Shown here piece by piece: positions 9,905-19,347 of a DNA stretch of 64,000 nucleotides. Both the position numbers and the translations under genes were made by a program. The notes below the pieces were generated by a model, which was given only the letters and a program-made list of their open reading frames with translations, was not told the origin of the DNA and ran no database searches. The stretch is from Gammaproteobacteria bacterium. GTDB taxonomy: Bacteria > Pseudomonadota > Gammaproteobacteria > CAJXQU01. The stretch spans positions 69,376-133,375 of the forward strand of contig JBGCGE010000010.1 of NCBI GenBank assembly GCA_045110495.1, given 5' to 3'. Each line of letters begins with the position of its first letter. The first letter of the stretch is position 1.

Positions 9905-10825
9905 CTAGCCAAAAAACATTCCAAGATCGAGTTTGACGTAATGATCAATTAATAAGGCTGCAAATATTACCGTCAAATAAAGCAGGGAATATTTAAACGT
10001 TTCCATTGCTAACTTATCTGAGTCTGATGAATATAATTTGATCGCGTAGCGCAAAAAGATAGCGCCGGATATAACGGCCGTAACTAAATATAGCAAGCCG
10101 CTCATGTAGGTGAGATAAGGTAGCAGGCTTACGATAAATAATAGTATGGTGTAAAGCAGAATGTGAAGCCGAGTGAACTCAACACCATGTGTTACAGGTA
10201 GCATGGGAATATCAACTTTTGCGTATTCTTCTCTTCGGTAAATTGCTAGCGCCCAGAAATGAGGTGGTGTCCAGGCAAAGATGATCAGAAAAAGTAATAA
10301 AGAATTAGGATCCAGTGTTCCAGTCACGGCTGACCAACCTAAAACTGGTGGTGCGGCACCAGCGGCTCCACCAATGACAATATTCATAGGTGTTGCTCGC
10401 TTCAAATACATTGAATACACAATGCCATAGCCTATTAACGAAATAAGCGTCAAAACTGCTGTGAGAGGATTGACAAGGATGGTTAAAATTAACATAGCCA
10501 ATGCGCCGATTATGGCAGCAAATATGATCGCGTTCTGAGGCGACATATTCCCTTCTGGCAATGGACGACGTTTTGTTCTGGCCATTTCGGCATCAATTTT
10601 TTCATCTACGACATGGTTGATTGCCGCGGCAGATGCTGAAGCTAATCCTATTCCGATTGTGCCGAAGATCAGCGGTTGCCAAGGCACCATGCCAGGCACA
10701 GCGAGAAACATCCCAACGATTGCTGTGAAGACGATCAGTGCAACAACTTTTAATTTACATAGCCCCAGATAATCTTTAAAAGAGGGTGTAGAGGAAATGA
10801 TCGGTGTATTAATGGATTGACTCAT
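9905..10825 (-). CDS. ctaB: Protoheme IX farnesyltransferase (heme O synthase)
   Basis: UbiA-family signature RTKRRPLPEG, multiple TM helices, about 300 aa; lies in the cox assembly cluster. Confidence 0.85.
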   Translation of the reverse strand: MSQSINTPIISSTPSFKDYLGLCKLKVVALIVFTAIVGMFLAVPGMVPWQPLIFGTIGIGLASASAAAINHVVDEKIDAEMARTKRRPLPEGNMSPQNAIIFAAIIGALAMLILTILVNPLTAVLTLISLIGYGIVYSMYLKRATPMNIVIGGAAGAAPPVLGWSAVTGTLDPNSLLLFLIIFAWTPPHFWALAIYRREEYAKVDIPMLPVTHGVEFTRLHILLYTILLFIVSLLPYLTYMSGLLYLVTAVISGAIFLRYAIKLYSSDSDKLAMETFKYSLLYLTVIFAALLIDHYVKLDLGMFFG

Positions 10826-10996
10826 ATCAATATTATTTTAATGATTATGCTGGTTAATTATTTGATCTGGATGCTGAGCTGTATGACCGTTTATGGTACG
10901 TATCAACTTAATATGGAGCATCCTTACTCACTGTTTTTATTTTTTAGCCGTGGACTATATCAGCAACTTATTCTTTGCTTCAAGTTTTCGCCAGAA

Positions 10997-11608
10997 TCAA
11001 ATCCGTGAAACACGGAATATTTTGGTTAGATCCTTGATAATATCTCCTGGATTTTGATCAGCGGAATAGCTCATCATCAAGTTTCCGAGAGGGTCTATTA
11101 TGTAGAGCCTTCCACTATTGTAGGGATCTTCCGCTTCGTCAATTTTAAATGCATCTATAAATTCTGACGAAACATTATCTGCTTTGATGATCAGCTGACC
11201 TTGATAATCTTTCAATGACTCCTTCATTTTCACAACGTCAGTAATCTCTTTTACAACTAAAACTCGTTTAACTCGATCATAATGTTTACCTATGGCTAAA
11301 CGTATTTGACGCATGCGATAGACATTATTAATACATTTTTCATCACAATCTCTAGTTGTGAAAGTTAACAGGCTCCAACGCTTGTGCAGTTTTATTTCTT
11401 CTTCAGGTTTATAAGGGTCGAGTAATGTTACGTTTTCAAGTGTGATAGGAGGCAATATTAGGTCTCCTTTACTTGCTGCACCACCATCACGTCCCAGATC
11501 GGTATATTTGTAGAGAATTTGAGATCCGATAAATGGTGTGAGGAAAATGACAAAGAGCAGGATCAGAGTCAGTCTGGATTTAAGTTTTTGTGATTTTTCA
11601 GTCGTCAT
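10997..11608 (-). CDS. SCO1/SenC-like thioredoxin-fold protein (putative cytochrome oxidase copper-delivery or assembly factor), divergent
   Basis: N-terminal TM anchor, CxxxC (CDEKC), and a SCO-like tail (RLYIIDPLGNLMMSY). It sits between SURF1 and ctaB. It is not a canonical SCO1 (no CPxxCP). Confidence 0.4.
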   Translation of the reverse strand: MTTEKSQKLKSRLTLILLFVIFLTPFIGSQILYKYTDLGRDGGAASKGDLILPPITLENVTLLDPYKPEEEIKLHKRWSLLTFTTRDCDEKCINNVYRMRQIRLAIGKHYDRVKRVLVVKEITDVVKMKESLKDYQGQLIIKADNVSSEFIDAFKIDEAEDPYNSGRLYIIDPLGNLMMSYSADQNPGDIIKDLTKIFRVSRI

Positions 11609-12344
11609 TGCGTACCCTTTTTATGTTTACTACAAGATATATGATGATAAGTGCTGCGGTCATTGCAAACCATTGGAAGGCATAACCGTAATGTTTTTCT
11701 GCGCCAAAGCCGGGAAGTACCCAGTCTCGGAGATAACCCTGAGGACTTTGTTTGTCTAGTCTTACTATATAGGGCAAGAAGGTTTGTCCTGTGGTTGACT
11801 CTACATTTTGTAGATCAATTTGTTGGACTCTGGATAAACCATTCTCCAGGTTTTCTATTAGATCATCGCTGAGTTCAATCCCTGAAAAAGGTGTTTTTTT
11901 GGCGGCACCTGAGATTGTGACAAGTCCGGTAGAAAAGTCATTAATCTTAGGTAAGATGCGTCGATCCGGGTTTGCAGGAACCCAACCCCGGTTAATCAAA
12001 ATACGTGTAGATTCATTCTCAAGTTTGAAGGGTGTAAATACGAGGTAACCCGTCTTGAAGTTCATTGGTTGGTTATCGAGTATAAATTGATGATCAGTCT
12101 CGAATGATCCGCGGACAATTACTTTCTTCCATTCCATTTGGGCAGGATCTAACCGCTCAGTGCTATTTTCATTAAGATCAAAAGCAGCTCCATAGTAATT
12201 AGCTTCGAAATCTTTCTGGACTTGTTCTTTTTCTGCAGCCCGATCTAATTGCCAGTTGCCCAGGGAAAATAAAAGCGGCAGGCTTAACAGGGTTGCGAGG
12301 GTGGGCCAGAGAGATGGCCGAAAATTCCAGATTCCAATTTGCAT
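11598..12344 (-). CDS. surf1: SURF1-family cytochrome oxidase assembly protein
   Basis: N-terminal TM then GNWQLDRAAEK (the SURF1 hallmark), and a C-terminal TM. Overlaps the downstream gene by 11 nt. Confidence 0.75.
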   Translation of the reverse strand: MQIGIWNFRPSLWPTLATLLSLPLLFSLGNWQLDRAAEKEQVQKDFEANYYGAAFDLNENSTERLDPAQMEWKKVIVRGSFETDHQFILDNQPMNFKTGYLVFTPFKLENESTRILINRGWVPANPDRRILPKINDFSTGLVTISGAAKKTPFSGIELSDDLIENLENGLSRVQQIDLQNVESTTGQTFLPYIVRLDKQSPQGYLRDWVLPGFGAEKHYGYAFQWFAMTAALIIIYLVVNIKRVRNDD

Positions 12345-12444
12345 TCTATGTAGTGTTGCTTGCTACCAATTAAATGATCGTAATGTTATGGTCGCGGATA
12401 ATACCTCAAAATGAAACTAAAGTGCTGCTGGAGCCTGATCTGAT

Positions 12445-12717
12445 ATGTCGATAAGCGAAGTTTATAAAATTATTATTCTAATCATTTTTGCTTGCATTTT
12501 GCTTTCTCTTGTTTGGAGCGCATTTTTTTTAACTAAGGATCATGGGAAGGAGGCTACAAGGACGGTCAAGTTGTTAACGGTGAGAGTGACGTTATCTGTA
12601 ATACTATTTTGTATGTTAATTTTTGGGTACTTCACAGGCCTGCTTCGTCCTCATGGTTTAATGTTGCCCGCAAATGTGCCTTCACAAGAACAAGTGCAGG
12701 ATCACAATTCACAATAA
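12445..12717 (+). CDS. Twin-transmembrane-helix small protein (DUF2909-like)
   Basis: Two TM helices separated by KDHGKEATRTVKLLTVRV, resembling the DUF2909 family that accompanies cox operons. Confidence 0.55.
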   Translation: MSISEVYKIIILIIFACILLSLVWSAFFLTKDHGKEATRTVKLLTVRVTLSVILFCMLIFGYFTGLLRPHGLMLPANVPSQEQVQDHNSQ

Positions 12718-13020
12718 GGCGTATTTAGCCTCACTAAATGCTTTAGATTTTTTAGAAGGTTACAGTAGAATAAATATTGAGAGATTAATCAGTTAGCAGA
12801 AGTCAAAGGCTTTTTGCGGCGCTGGAATATTAAAAAAAACAATTTCTTGCTTTGTTTAATCTACTTTTTTAGGTAATATTGCGCACTTAAATAATAATAG
12901 CCATGCAAATTGAGTGGCAATGTAAAAATAGCAAATTGTCAAAGGGCGTATTTGTAGTTAAATTTTACATATAAAATCGATAATTCATATATTAAATAAT
13001 CTGGTGCTGAGGGAAGTTTT

Positions 13021-14175
13021 ATGACTAAGCCGCTAATTTCTATGCTGCGAACTTTTTATCTGATCGTTGTTTCATCAATAACTTCCTTGCTTCTAGTAAG
13101 TCCCGCTCGGGCTGACTGGGCATTGAACCTGACTGAAGGTGTTACCCCTATTAGTCATCAGGTTTATGACCTGCATATGCAAATTTTATGGATAGTAACT
13201 ATTGTCGGCATTGTTGTTTTTGCGGCAATGTTTTATTCAATTTTTGCGCACCGTAAAGATAAAGGTGTCGTACCTGCAACGTTTCATCACAGTACATTAT
13301 TAGAACTGCTCTGGACTGCTATTCCTATCGCTATTTTGGTTGTCATCGCAATTCCCGCGACGAAAACATTAATTGCAATGGAAACAACCGGCGATGCTGA
13401 TATCACGATTAAAGTAACAGGCTATCAATGGAAGTGGAAATACGACTATATGGGTGAAGATCTGAGTTTCTTCAGCTCATTAGATGCAGAGAGTCGTGCC
13501 ATTGCAGACAACACAAGTGATAACGCTCCAGAGGATATAGAGCATTATCTCTTGGACGTGGATAACGTGATTGTTTTACCAATTAAAACGAAAATCAGGA
13601 TTCTTACAACGGCTGCTGATGTAATACATGCATGGTGGGTTCCAGATTTAGGCTGGAAACGAGATGCTGTTCCAGGATTCATCAATGATAACTGGACATA
13701 TATTGAAGAAGCTGGTGTTTATCGAGGGCAGTGTGCAGAGCTGTGTGGTAAAGATCATGGCTATATGCCGATTGTTGTCAAAGCTGTGCCCGAAGCAGAG
13801 TACAAAGCTTGGATTACAGAAACAAAACAGAAAATAGCTGAAGCATCTTCAGGTGCTGATCGTGAGTGGACTATGGACGAATTAATGGCACGAGGTGAAG
13901 AAGTTTACGGGGCCAATTGTGCTGCTTGTCACCAAGCTAATGGTAAAGGTCTCCCTGGTGCTTTCCCTGCGCTTGATGGAAGTGCTATTGCTACGGGTGC
14001 TATGGCTGGTCACATTGACATTGTTGTTAATGGTAAAGCTGGCACTGCGATGGCAGCTTATGGACCACAGCTGAATGATATAGATATTGCCGCAGTAGTT
14101 ACTTACGAAAGAAATGCTTGGGGTAATAAAGCTGGCGATATGGTTCAGCCTTCAGAAATTAAAGATGCTCGGTAG
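13021..14175 (+). CDS. coxB: Cytochrome c oxidase subunit II with a fused C-terminal cytochrome c domain (caa3-type)
   Basis: CuA site (HAWWVPDLG ... CAELCGKDHGYMP) plus a C-terminal CAACH heme c motif and a downstream Met ligand region. Confidence 0.9.
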   Translation: MTKPLISMLRTFYLIVVSSITSLLLVSPARADWALNLTEGVTPISHQVYDLHMQILWIVTIVGIVVFAAMFYSIFAHRKDKGVVPATFHHSTLLELLWTAIPIAILVVIAIPATKTLIAMETTGDADITIKVTGYQWKWKYDYMGEDLSFFSSLDAESRAIADNTSDNAPEDIEHYLLDVDNVIVLPIKTKIRILTTAADVIHAWWVPDLGWKRDAVPGFINDNWTYIEEAGVYRGQCAELCGKDHGYMPIVVKAVPEAEYKAWITETKQKIAEASSGADREWTMDELMARGEEVYGANCAACHQANGKGLPGAFPALDGSAIATGAMAGHIDIVVNGKAGTAMAAYGPQLNDIDIAAVVTYERNAWGNKAGDMVQPSEIKDAR

Positions 14176-14238
14176 TTTGTAATCAACTTATAGACTGAAA
14201 GTTGCTAATAGTAAAAAATTTATTTAGAGGATAAAACG

Positions 14239-15834
14239 ATGAGTGAAGCAGTAGCCCACCACGACGATCATCATGATCATAAACCGACAGGCATTGGTCG
14301 TTGGTTGTTTTCAACAAACCATAAAGATATAGGTACTATGTATCTAATGTTTGCACTACTGATGTTTTTTATTGGCGGTGCGATGGCTATGGTTATCCGT
14401 GCCGAGCTTTTTCAGCCAGGACTTCAATTTGTTGACCCTCAATTCTTCAATTCAATGACCACAATTCATGCCTTGGTTATGATATTTGGTGCGGTAATGC
14501 CAGCGGGTGTTGGTTTAGCGAACTGGTTGATTCCTTTGATGATTGGTGCGCCAGATATGGCACTACCTAGAATGAACAATATGAGTTTCTGGATACTACC
14601 TTTCGGTTTTACGCTATTGTTATCAACTTTTTTCATGGACGGTGGTGCTCCTGCTGGTGGTTGGACGATGTATCCTCCGCTAGTCTTACAAACAGGTAAC
14701 GCGTTTCCATTTTTGATCTTTACTGTTCATATCCTTGGTGTGTCTTCGATCATGGGTGCAATCAATATAATTGCTACCGTGTTCAATATGCGCGCTCCGG
14801 GTATGACATTCATGAGACTTCCTCTTTTTGTCTGGACATGGATCATCACAGCATTTTTATTAATCGCCTCTTTGCCAGTATTTGCCGGTGCGGTAACTAT
14901 GTTGTTGACCGACAAATATTTTGGGACAAGCTTCTTTGATGCTGCTGGTGGTGGCGATCCTGTGATGTTCCAACATCTATTCTGGTTCTTCGGTCATCCA
15001 GAAGTATACATTTTGATCTTGCCTGCATTTGGAATCGTTTCTCAGATCATTCCAACGTTTGCACGTAAACCATTATTTGGTTATGCCTCTATGGTTTATG
15101 CAACAGCGGCCATTGCATTCCTATCTTTCTTCGTTTGGGCACATCATATGTTTACGGTAGGTATGCCACTTGCGGGTGAATTGTTCTTTATGTATGCGAC
15201 CATGACTATAGCGGTGCCTACAGGTGTCAAGATATTTAACTGGGTTGCGACAATGTGGAGAGGGTCTATGACTTTTGAAACACCAATGCTGTTTTCACTA
15301 GCCTTTGTTATTCTTTTCTCGATAGGTGGTTTTACTGGGTTGATGATGTCAGTGACTCCTGTAGATTTCCAATACCATGATACCTATTTCATCGTGGCCC
15401 ATTTCCATTATGTATTAGTCACCGGTGCTATCTTTGCGCTAATGGCTGCTGCTTACTACTGGTTACCTAAATGGACTGGTTATATGTATGACGAGAAATT
15501 GGGTAAACTGCATTTTTGGATTTCTACGATTACCGTGAACATCTTGTTTTTCCCACAACATTTCTTGGGATTAGCAGGTATGCCAAGACGAATTCCTGAC
15601 TATGCGGTTCAGTTTGCTGATTGGAATATGGTCTCTAGCCTTGGTGGGTTTGCTTTTGGTCTAAGCCAACTAATATTTGTAGTTGTTGTTTTCAAATGTA
15701 TTCGTGGTGGTGAGAAAGCAACGGATCAAGTTTGGGAAGGAGCTCATGGTTTGGAGTGGACGCTACCTTCACCACCACCTTTCCATTCGTTTACAGTGCC
15801 TCCTAAAGTTACAGAAGAAACGGCTCATTCATAA
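14239..15834 (+). CDS. coxA: Cytochrome c oxidase subunit I
   Basis: 531 aa, 12 TM helices, canonical heme-copper oxidase motifs ([13 protein letters not shown]). Confidence 0.95.
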   Translation: MSEAVAHHDDHHDHKPTGIGRWLFSTNHKDIGTMYLMFALLMFFIGGAMAMVIRAELFQPGLQFVDPQFFNSMTTIHALVMIFGAVMPAGVGLANWLIPLMIGAPDMALPRMNNMSFWILPFGFTLLLSTFFMDGGAPAGGWTMYPPLVLQTGNAFPFLIFTVHILGVSSIMGAINIIATVFNMRAPGMTFMRLPLFVWTWIITAFLLIASLPVFAGAVTMLLTDKYFGTSFFDAAGGGDPVMFQHLFWFFGHPEVYILILPAFGIVSQIIPTFARKPLFGYASMVYATAAIAFLSFFVWAHHMFTVGMPLAGELFFMYATMTIAVPTGVKIFNWVATMWRGSMTFETPMLFSLAFVILFSIGGFTGLMMSVTPVDFQYHDTYFIVAHFHYVLVTGAIFALMAAAYYWLPKWTGYMYDEKLGKLHFWISTITVNILFFPQHFLGLAGMPRRIPDYAVQFADWNMVSSLGGFAFGLSQLIFVVVVFKCIRGGEKATDQVWEGAHGLEWTLPSPPPFHSFTVPPKVTEETAHS

Positions 15835-15845
15835 GATAATTACTT

Positions 15846-15980
15846 ATGAGTGAACAGGACGAAAAATTCAGTAAAGAAGATATGGCAGCGCGTAGCGCTG
15901 CCACTAATCGTACGGTTGGTTTTTTAGTTTTACTAGTTGTTAGTATTTATGGTGGGTACATTCTTTATCACTATATGTGA
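15846..15980 (+). CDS. 44-aa single-TM micro-protein between coxA and ctaG (missing from the ORF track)
   Basis: ATG at 15846: MSEQDEKFSKEDMAARSAATNRTVGFLVLLVVSIYGGYILYHYM. Its stop overlaps the ctaG start region (ATGTGA). Confidence 0.3.
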   Translation: MSEQDEKFSKEDMAARSAATNRTVGFLVLLVVSIYGGYILYHYM

Positions 15981-16546
15981 TTCTCAGAGAAGGACATACT
16001 TTGGAAAAGGAAGGAATTAAATTAACAACAAAGAGACTGTATCTCCTTGCTGTATTCATGTTTGGCTTTGGTTTTGCATTAGTCCCTATTTATAATGTTT
16101 TTTGTGAGGTAACTGGTTTAAATGGTAAAACTGGTGAAATAATCGCCAGTGAAGCAGAAGCCTTAGTAGCAGATAAAGAAAGATTAGTAACAGTAGAGTT
16201 TGATACTAATTTAAATGAAGAGCTGCCTTGGAGTTTTATTGCCAAGGAATACAAAATGAAGGTTCATCCTGGGCAGGTATCTGATGCGATCTTTATTGTT
16301 AAGAACAAAACAGATCGGCCAATTATTGGTCAAGCAATTCCTAGTGTGGCACCAGCACAAGCATCGTTATTTTTTAACAAAACAGAATGCTTTTGTTTTA
16401 CACGACAAACATTACAAGCTCACGAAGAACGAGAAATGTTAGTTCGGTTTGTCGTAGATGCAAAATTGCCTGAAAAAATAGAAACGATGACGCTTTCATA
16501 TACATTTTTTTTAGCAACAGATGAAAATGAAATTACAAAACTTTGA
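15977..16546 (+). CDS. ctaG: Cytochrome c oxidase assembly protein CtaG/Cox11
   Basis: LLAVFMFGFGFALVPIYNVFCEVTGLNGKTG and the CFCF copper-binding motif. The exact start is uncertain (the track uses GTG at 15977). Confidence 0.85.
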   Translation: MILREGHTLEKEGIKLTTKRLYLLAVFMFGFGFALVPIYNVFCEVTGLNGKTGEIIASEAEALVADKERLVTVEFDTNLNEELPWSFIAKEYKMKVHPGQVSDAIFIVKNKTDRPIIGQAIPSVAPAQASLFFNKTECFCFTRQTLQAHEEREMLVRFVVDAKLPEKIETMTLSYTFFLATDENEITKL

Positions 16547-16616
16547 ATGATTGAAGTTCTATCAAGCAGTTTTTAAGTAGAAATTAAAAGAAGTAAATAA
16601 CAATAGAGGAAAAATT

Positions 16617-17501
16617 ATGTCTGATTCTGAAACTTATTTTATTCCAGAACCAAGTCCTTGGCCGATAGTTGGCTCCCTAGCTTTGTTCATCGCCTTTGTC
16701 GGTGGGGCATTGTTTTTGAATGGATCTATGCCGATGTTTGGAGCTTTTGTTCTCGGATTAGGCATTGCTGCCATTATTTACATGTACTATGCCTGGTTTT
16801 CAGACGTAATCGATGAAAGTTTGGCTGGTAGCTATAATAGCCAAGTAGATATTAGTTTCCGGTGGGGTATGGCATGGTTCATCTTCTCTGAAGTAATGTT
16901 CTTTGCTGCATTTTTTGGTGCCCTTTATTATGCGCGTGTATTATCTGTTCCATGGTTGGGTGGTGAAGGAGCAGGTCTTCTGACTAACCAAGTATTATGG
17001 CCAGATTTCGCACCAGAATGGCCAATAGATGTTGTTCCGGATTTTGGTAAGTTTACTGCTCATATGTATGACGAAGTTATTCACGCATGGGGTATACCTG
17101 CTATTAACACAGCGATACTTCTGTTGAGTGGTGTTACTGTTACTTTCGCTCATTGGGCACTTAAAAAGGACAATCAAAAAGGGCTTGTTAAATGGCTGTT
17201 GATTACCGTGTTGCTTGGTATCTTTTTCGTATACTTGCAAGCTGGTGAATACCATGAAGCGTACGCTGAATTAAATCTTAAAATGTCTTCAGGCATATAC
17301 GGATCTACATTCTTTATGCTTACCGGCTTCCATGGTTTCCATGTAACTATGGGAACATTGATGCTCGCTGTGATCATGTTCAGAGCAATGAAAGGTCATT
17401 TCTCACATGAAAATCATTTTGCATTTGAAGCTGTTGCCTGGTACTGGCATTTTGTGGATGTGGTTTGGTTAGGATTGTTTATCTTTGTTTATTGGTTGTA
17501 G
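16617..17501 (+). CDS. coxC: Cytochrome c oxidase subunit III
   Basis: 294 aa, 7 TM helices, typical CoxC sequence (FFMLTGFHGFHV). Confidence 0.9.
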   Translation: MSDSETYFIPEPSPWPIVGSLALFIAFVGGALFLNGSMPMFGAFVLGLGIAAIIYMYYAWFSDVIDESLAGSYNSQVDISFRWGMAWFIFSEVMFFAAFFGALYYARVLSVPWLGGEGAGLLTNQVLWPDFAPEWPIDVVPDFGKFTAHMYDEVIHAWGIPAINTAILLLSGVTVTFAHWALKKDNQKGLVKWLLITVLLGIFFVYLQAGEYHEAYAELNLKMSSGIYGSTFFMLTGFHGFHVTMGTLMLAVIMFRAMKGHFSHENHFAFEAVAWYWHFVDVVWLGLFIFVYWL

Positions 17502-17520
17502 GAACCAAATCAAAGATTGA

Positions 17521-17551
17521 AAAAAAAGCGCCTATATGGCGCTTTTTTTTA
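17521..17551. terminator. Rho-independent terminator, bidirectional (A-tract, gcgcc-tatat-ggcgc, T-tract)
   Basis: aaaaaaagcgcctatatggcgcttttttttag immediately after the coxC stop. Confidence 0.55.
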
Positions 17552-17646
17552 GATGTTAGAAAAGATAAATGAGTTTTAGTCTATGTTGTTTTGTGAGTCA
17601 GTACGCAATCTCCAATTGATCATAAATACAGAAAGTAACTTAAACT

Positions 17647-17814
17647 ATGGCTACAGTTAGTGGAGGGACTAACATGTGGTTTGCAGTGTTTTATGTTTTA
17701 GCTATTTTAGTATTGATCGCACATTTCAGTGGTTGGTTAGCAAGAAGAAATCTGGAATGGGTCGTTTTGTTACTTGGGATTCTAGTGTTTCCTGCTGTGA
17801 TATTTCTCTAAATC
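17647..17814 (+). CDS. 55-aa two-TM micro-protein (missing from the ORF track)
   Basis: MATVSGGTNMWFAVFYVLAILVLIAHFSGWLARRNLEWVVLLLGILVFPAVIFL; hydrophobic; weak support. Confidence 0.25.
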
Positions 17815-17821
17815 TCTAAAG

Positions 17822-17930
17822 AAGGGGTGGGTCGCCATCCTTAGCAAGATGACTTCCTGTCAAAGGCCATCCTTGGGAGCCTGCTTCCTGCTGCCACGCC
17901 CACCTGAATAGGGTAACGGCAGGCGTGACA
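17822..17930. other. GC-rich structured intergenic island (candidate small RNA or structured element), strand unknown
   Basis: Roughly 110 nt that are much more GC-rich than the flanking AT-rich DNA. It contains gggtggg...cccacc, cacgcc...ggcgtg and ugac-uuccu-guca hairpin potentials, and the direct repeats gccatcctt(a/g)g. It sits between two convergent genes. Confidence 0.25.
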
Positions 17931-17965
17931 ATTACTTTAAGCATGATTCGATATTATTTTTTAGT

Positions 17966-18514
17966 CTAAATTTTTCCGTCTAAGCCCATCTGATAATATT
18001 TATGAGTTAGTGAATCCTGATTTTCTAATAACCAATCAATAGAAGGTTCATTATTCATCGCTTTATGTATTGCTTGTGCTGTTGCTTTACGATGAATATC
18101 AAACAAGATTTTATGATCGAGATTGTCATCAGTAGCAACGGAAGGGTTTAACCACACTGAAACTATGATTCCTAGATCATTTGCTTTTTCTTTTGGGATA
18201 TCCCCAGCTCGAACAGCATCTAAAACACCATTAGCAATAGCACCTTGAACCGTACCCATTAAAATATTTGTATAACGGCTATTGGTCACTGTTACTTTGC
18301 TAACCATCAATGTAACAGGTCTAACTTGAATGTCAGTATTCATGATTGCAAAGACTCGTGAATGGCCCTTAACTTGATCACCTGTCAGTGTAGCAAGCGC
18401 TGTCCCTACAGGGCCATCAAGCTCACCTATAATTATTTCAGGTTCTGCTGCTGTGCCTGGAGGACCTCCAGCTACAAGTGCTTCGCCGGTGCGCATAATG
18501 ATTCTTTCACTCAT
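17966..18514 (-). CDS. fae: Formaldehyde-activating enzyme (Fae) or Fae-like protein
   Basis: GEALVAGGP...IIIG N-terminus, LMVSKVTV and IIVSVWLNP blocks align with Fae-family proteins; about 180 aa. Confidence 0.6.
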   Translation of the reverse strand: MSERIIMRTGEALVAGGPPGTAAEPEIIIGELDGPVGTALATLTGDQVKGHSRVFAIMNTDIQVRPVTLMVSKVTVTNSRYTNILMGTVQGAIANGVLDAVRAGDIPKEKANDLGIIVSVWLNPSVATDDNLDHKILFDIHRKATAQAIHKAMNNEPSIDWLLENQDSLTHKYYQMGLDGKI

Positions 18515-18831
18515 CTAAACTCTCCTAAAAATCAGCGATAGTACCAGACGGTGAAAAGTTTTTGTATTAGATAGAAAGATTAAACGATAAAAGTTGTAGT
18601 AATAAAGAAAAGTAACAGAAATGTAAATTTGATTTTAGATATTTTTAAGTGTTATTTAATGTTGGTTTTTATTTGAAAAATGTCTTAATTAACGGATCCC
18701 AAGCGTAAATTTTCTTAATAGTATTTATCGATGCTTATAAGCTTAATGCTAGAAATTCTAGGGAAAATATTTACTGCCAAGTGTAAATAGTTACTATGTG
18801 CCTAGTTGTTCTGGATAAATTATACAAAAAG

Positions 18832-19347
18832 CTAAGGGAGTAATTTTGGTTTCATGTAATTAACAATTTGCCAAGCACCAGATTGAGCAGAATGATCCAT
18901 GTCACTTAACTTTAGTACTGTTATTGCAGCCGTAGGCATCAAATTTCCAGTTGCTTGATCAGGAATTTTATTTCCACTGAGGTATAAAATTAACTCATTT
19001 ACCCCTGGGTTATGGCCAACGAGCAAATTAATTTTATCTGGTTTTAAATCAACAGCTATGATTGCTAATAATTGAGAAAGGTTTGCATTGTAAATGGAAT
19101 CTTCCCATTGAATCTTTTCTTGTTTTAGCTCCCAGGAATTTGCTACTAAACTTATGGTTTCTTTGACGCGTTGAGCAGGTGAACAGATAACATGATCCGG
19201 CGTATAATTTTGATCAACAATCCATTGCCCCATGCGCGGAGCATCTTTGTTTCCTCGATCAGATAAGATCCGTTCAAAATCAGTTTGATGACCCGTATTC
19301 CAATCAGATTTAGCGTGGCGCATAATGAGCAGCAATGTTGAATTCAT
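18832..19347 (-). CDS. sixA: Histidine-phosphatase superfamily protein, SixA-like phosphohistidine phosphatase
   Basis: MRHAKS (RHG motif) at the N-terminus, about 170 aa. Confidence 0.6.
   Translation of the reverse strand: MNSTLLLIMRHAKSDWNTGHQTDFERILSDRGNKDAPRMGQWIVDQNYTPDHVICSPAQRVKETISLVANSWELKQEKIQWEDSIYNANLSQLLAIIAVDLKPDKINLLVGHNPGVNELILYLSGNKIPDQATGNLMPTAAITVLKLSDMDHSAQSGAWQIVNYMKPKLLP

Noticed and set aside
10817-11008. 63-aa plus-strand ORF in the ctaB / SCO-like intergenic gap
   Set aside because: It is on the opposite strand to both flanking genes, has very AT-rich low-complexity sequence, and overlaps the likely promoter/RBS region. Probably spurious.
17822-17930. Reading the GC-rich island as a 4.5S/SRP RNA on the minus strand (it contains GGAAGCAGGC...AAGG, resembling the SRP helix-8 strand)
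   Set aside because: No GNRA tetraloop directly 5' of the motif, no complementary 5' strand, and the sequence does not fold into the single long hairpin expected of bacterial SRP RNA. It is kept only as a generic candidate structured RNA.
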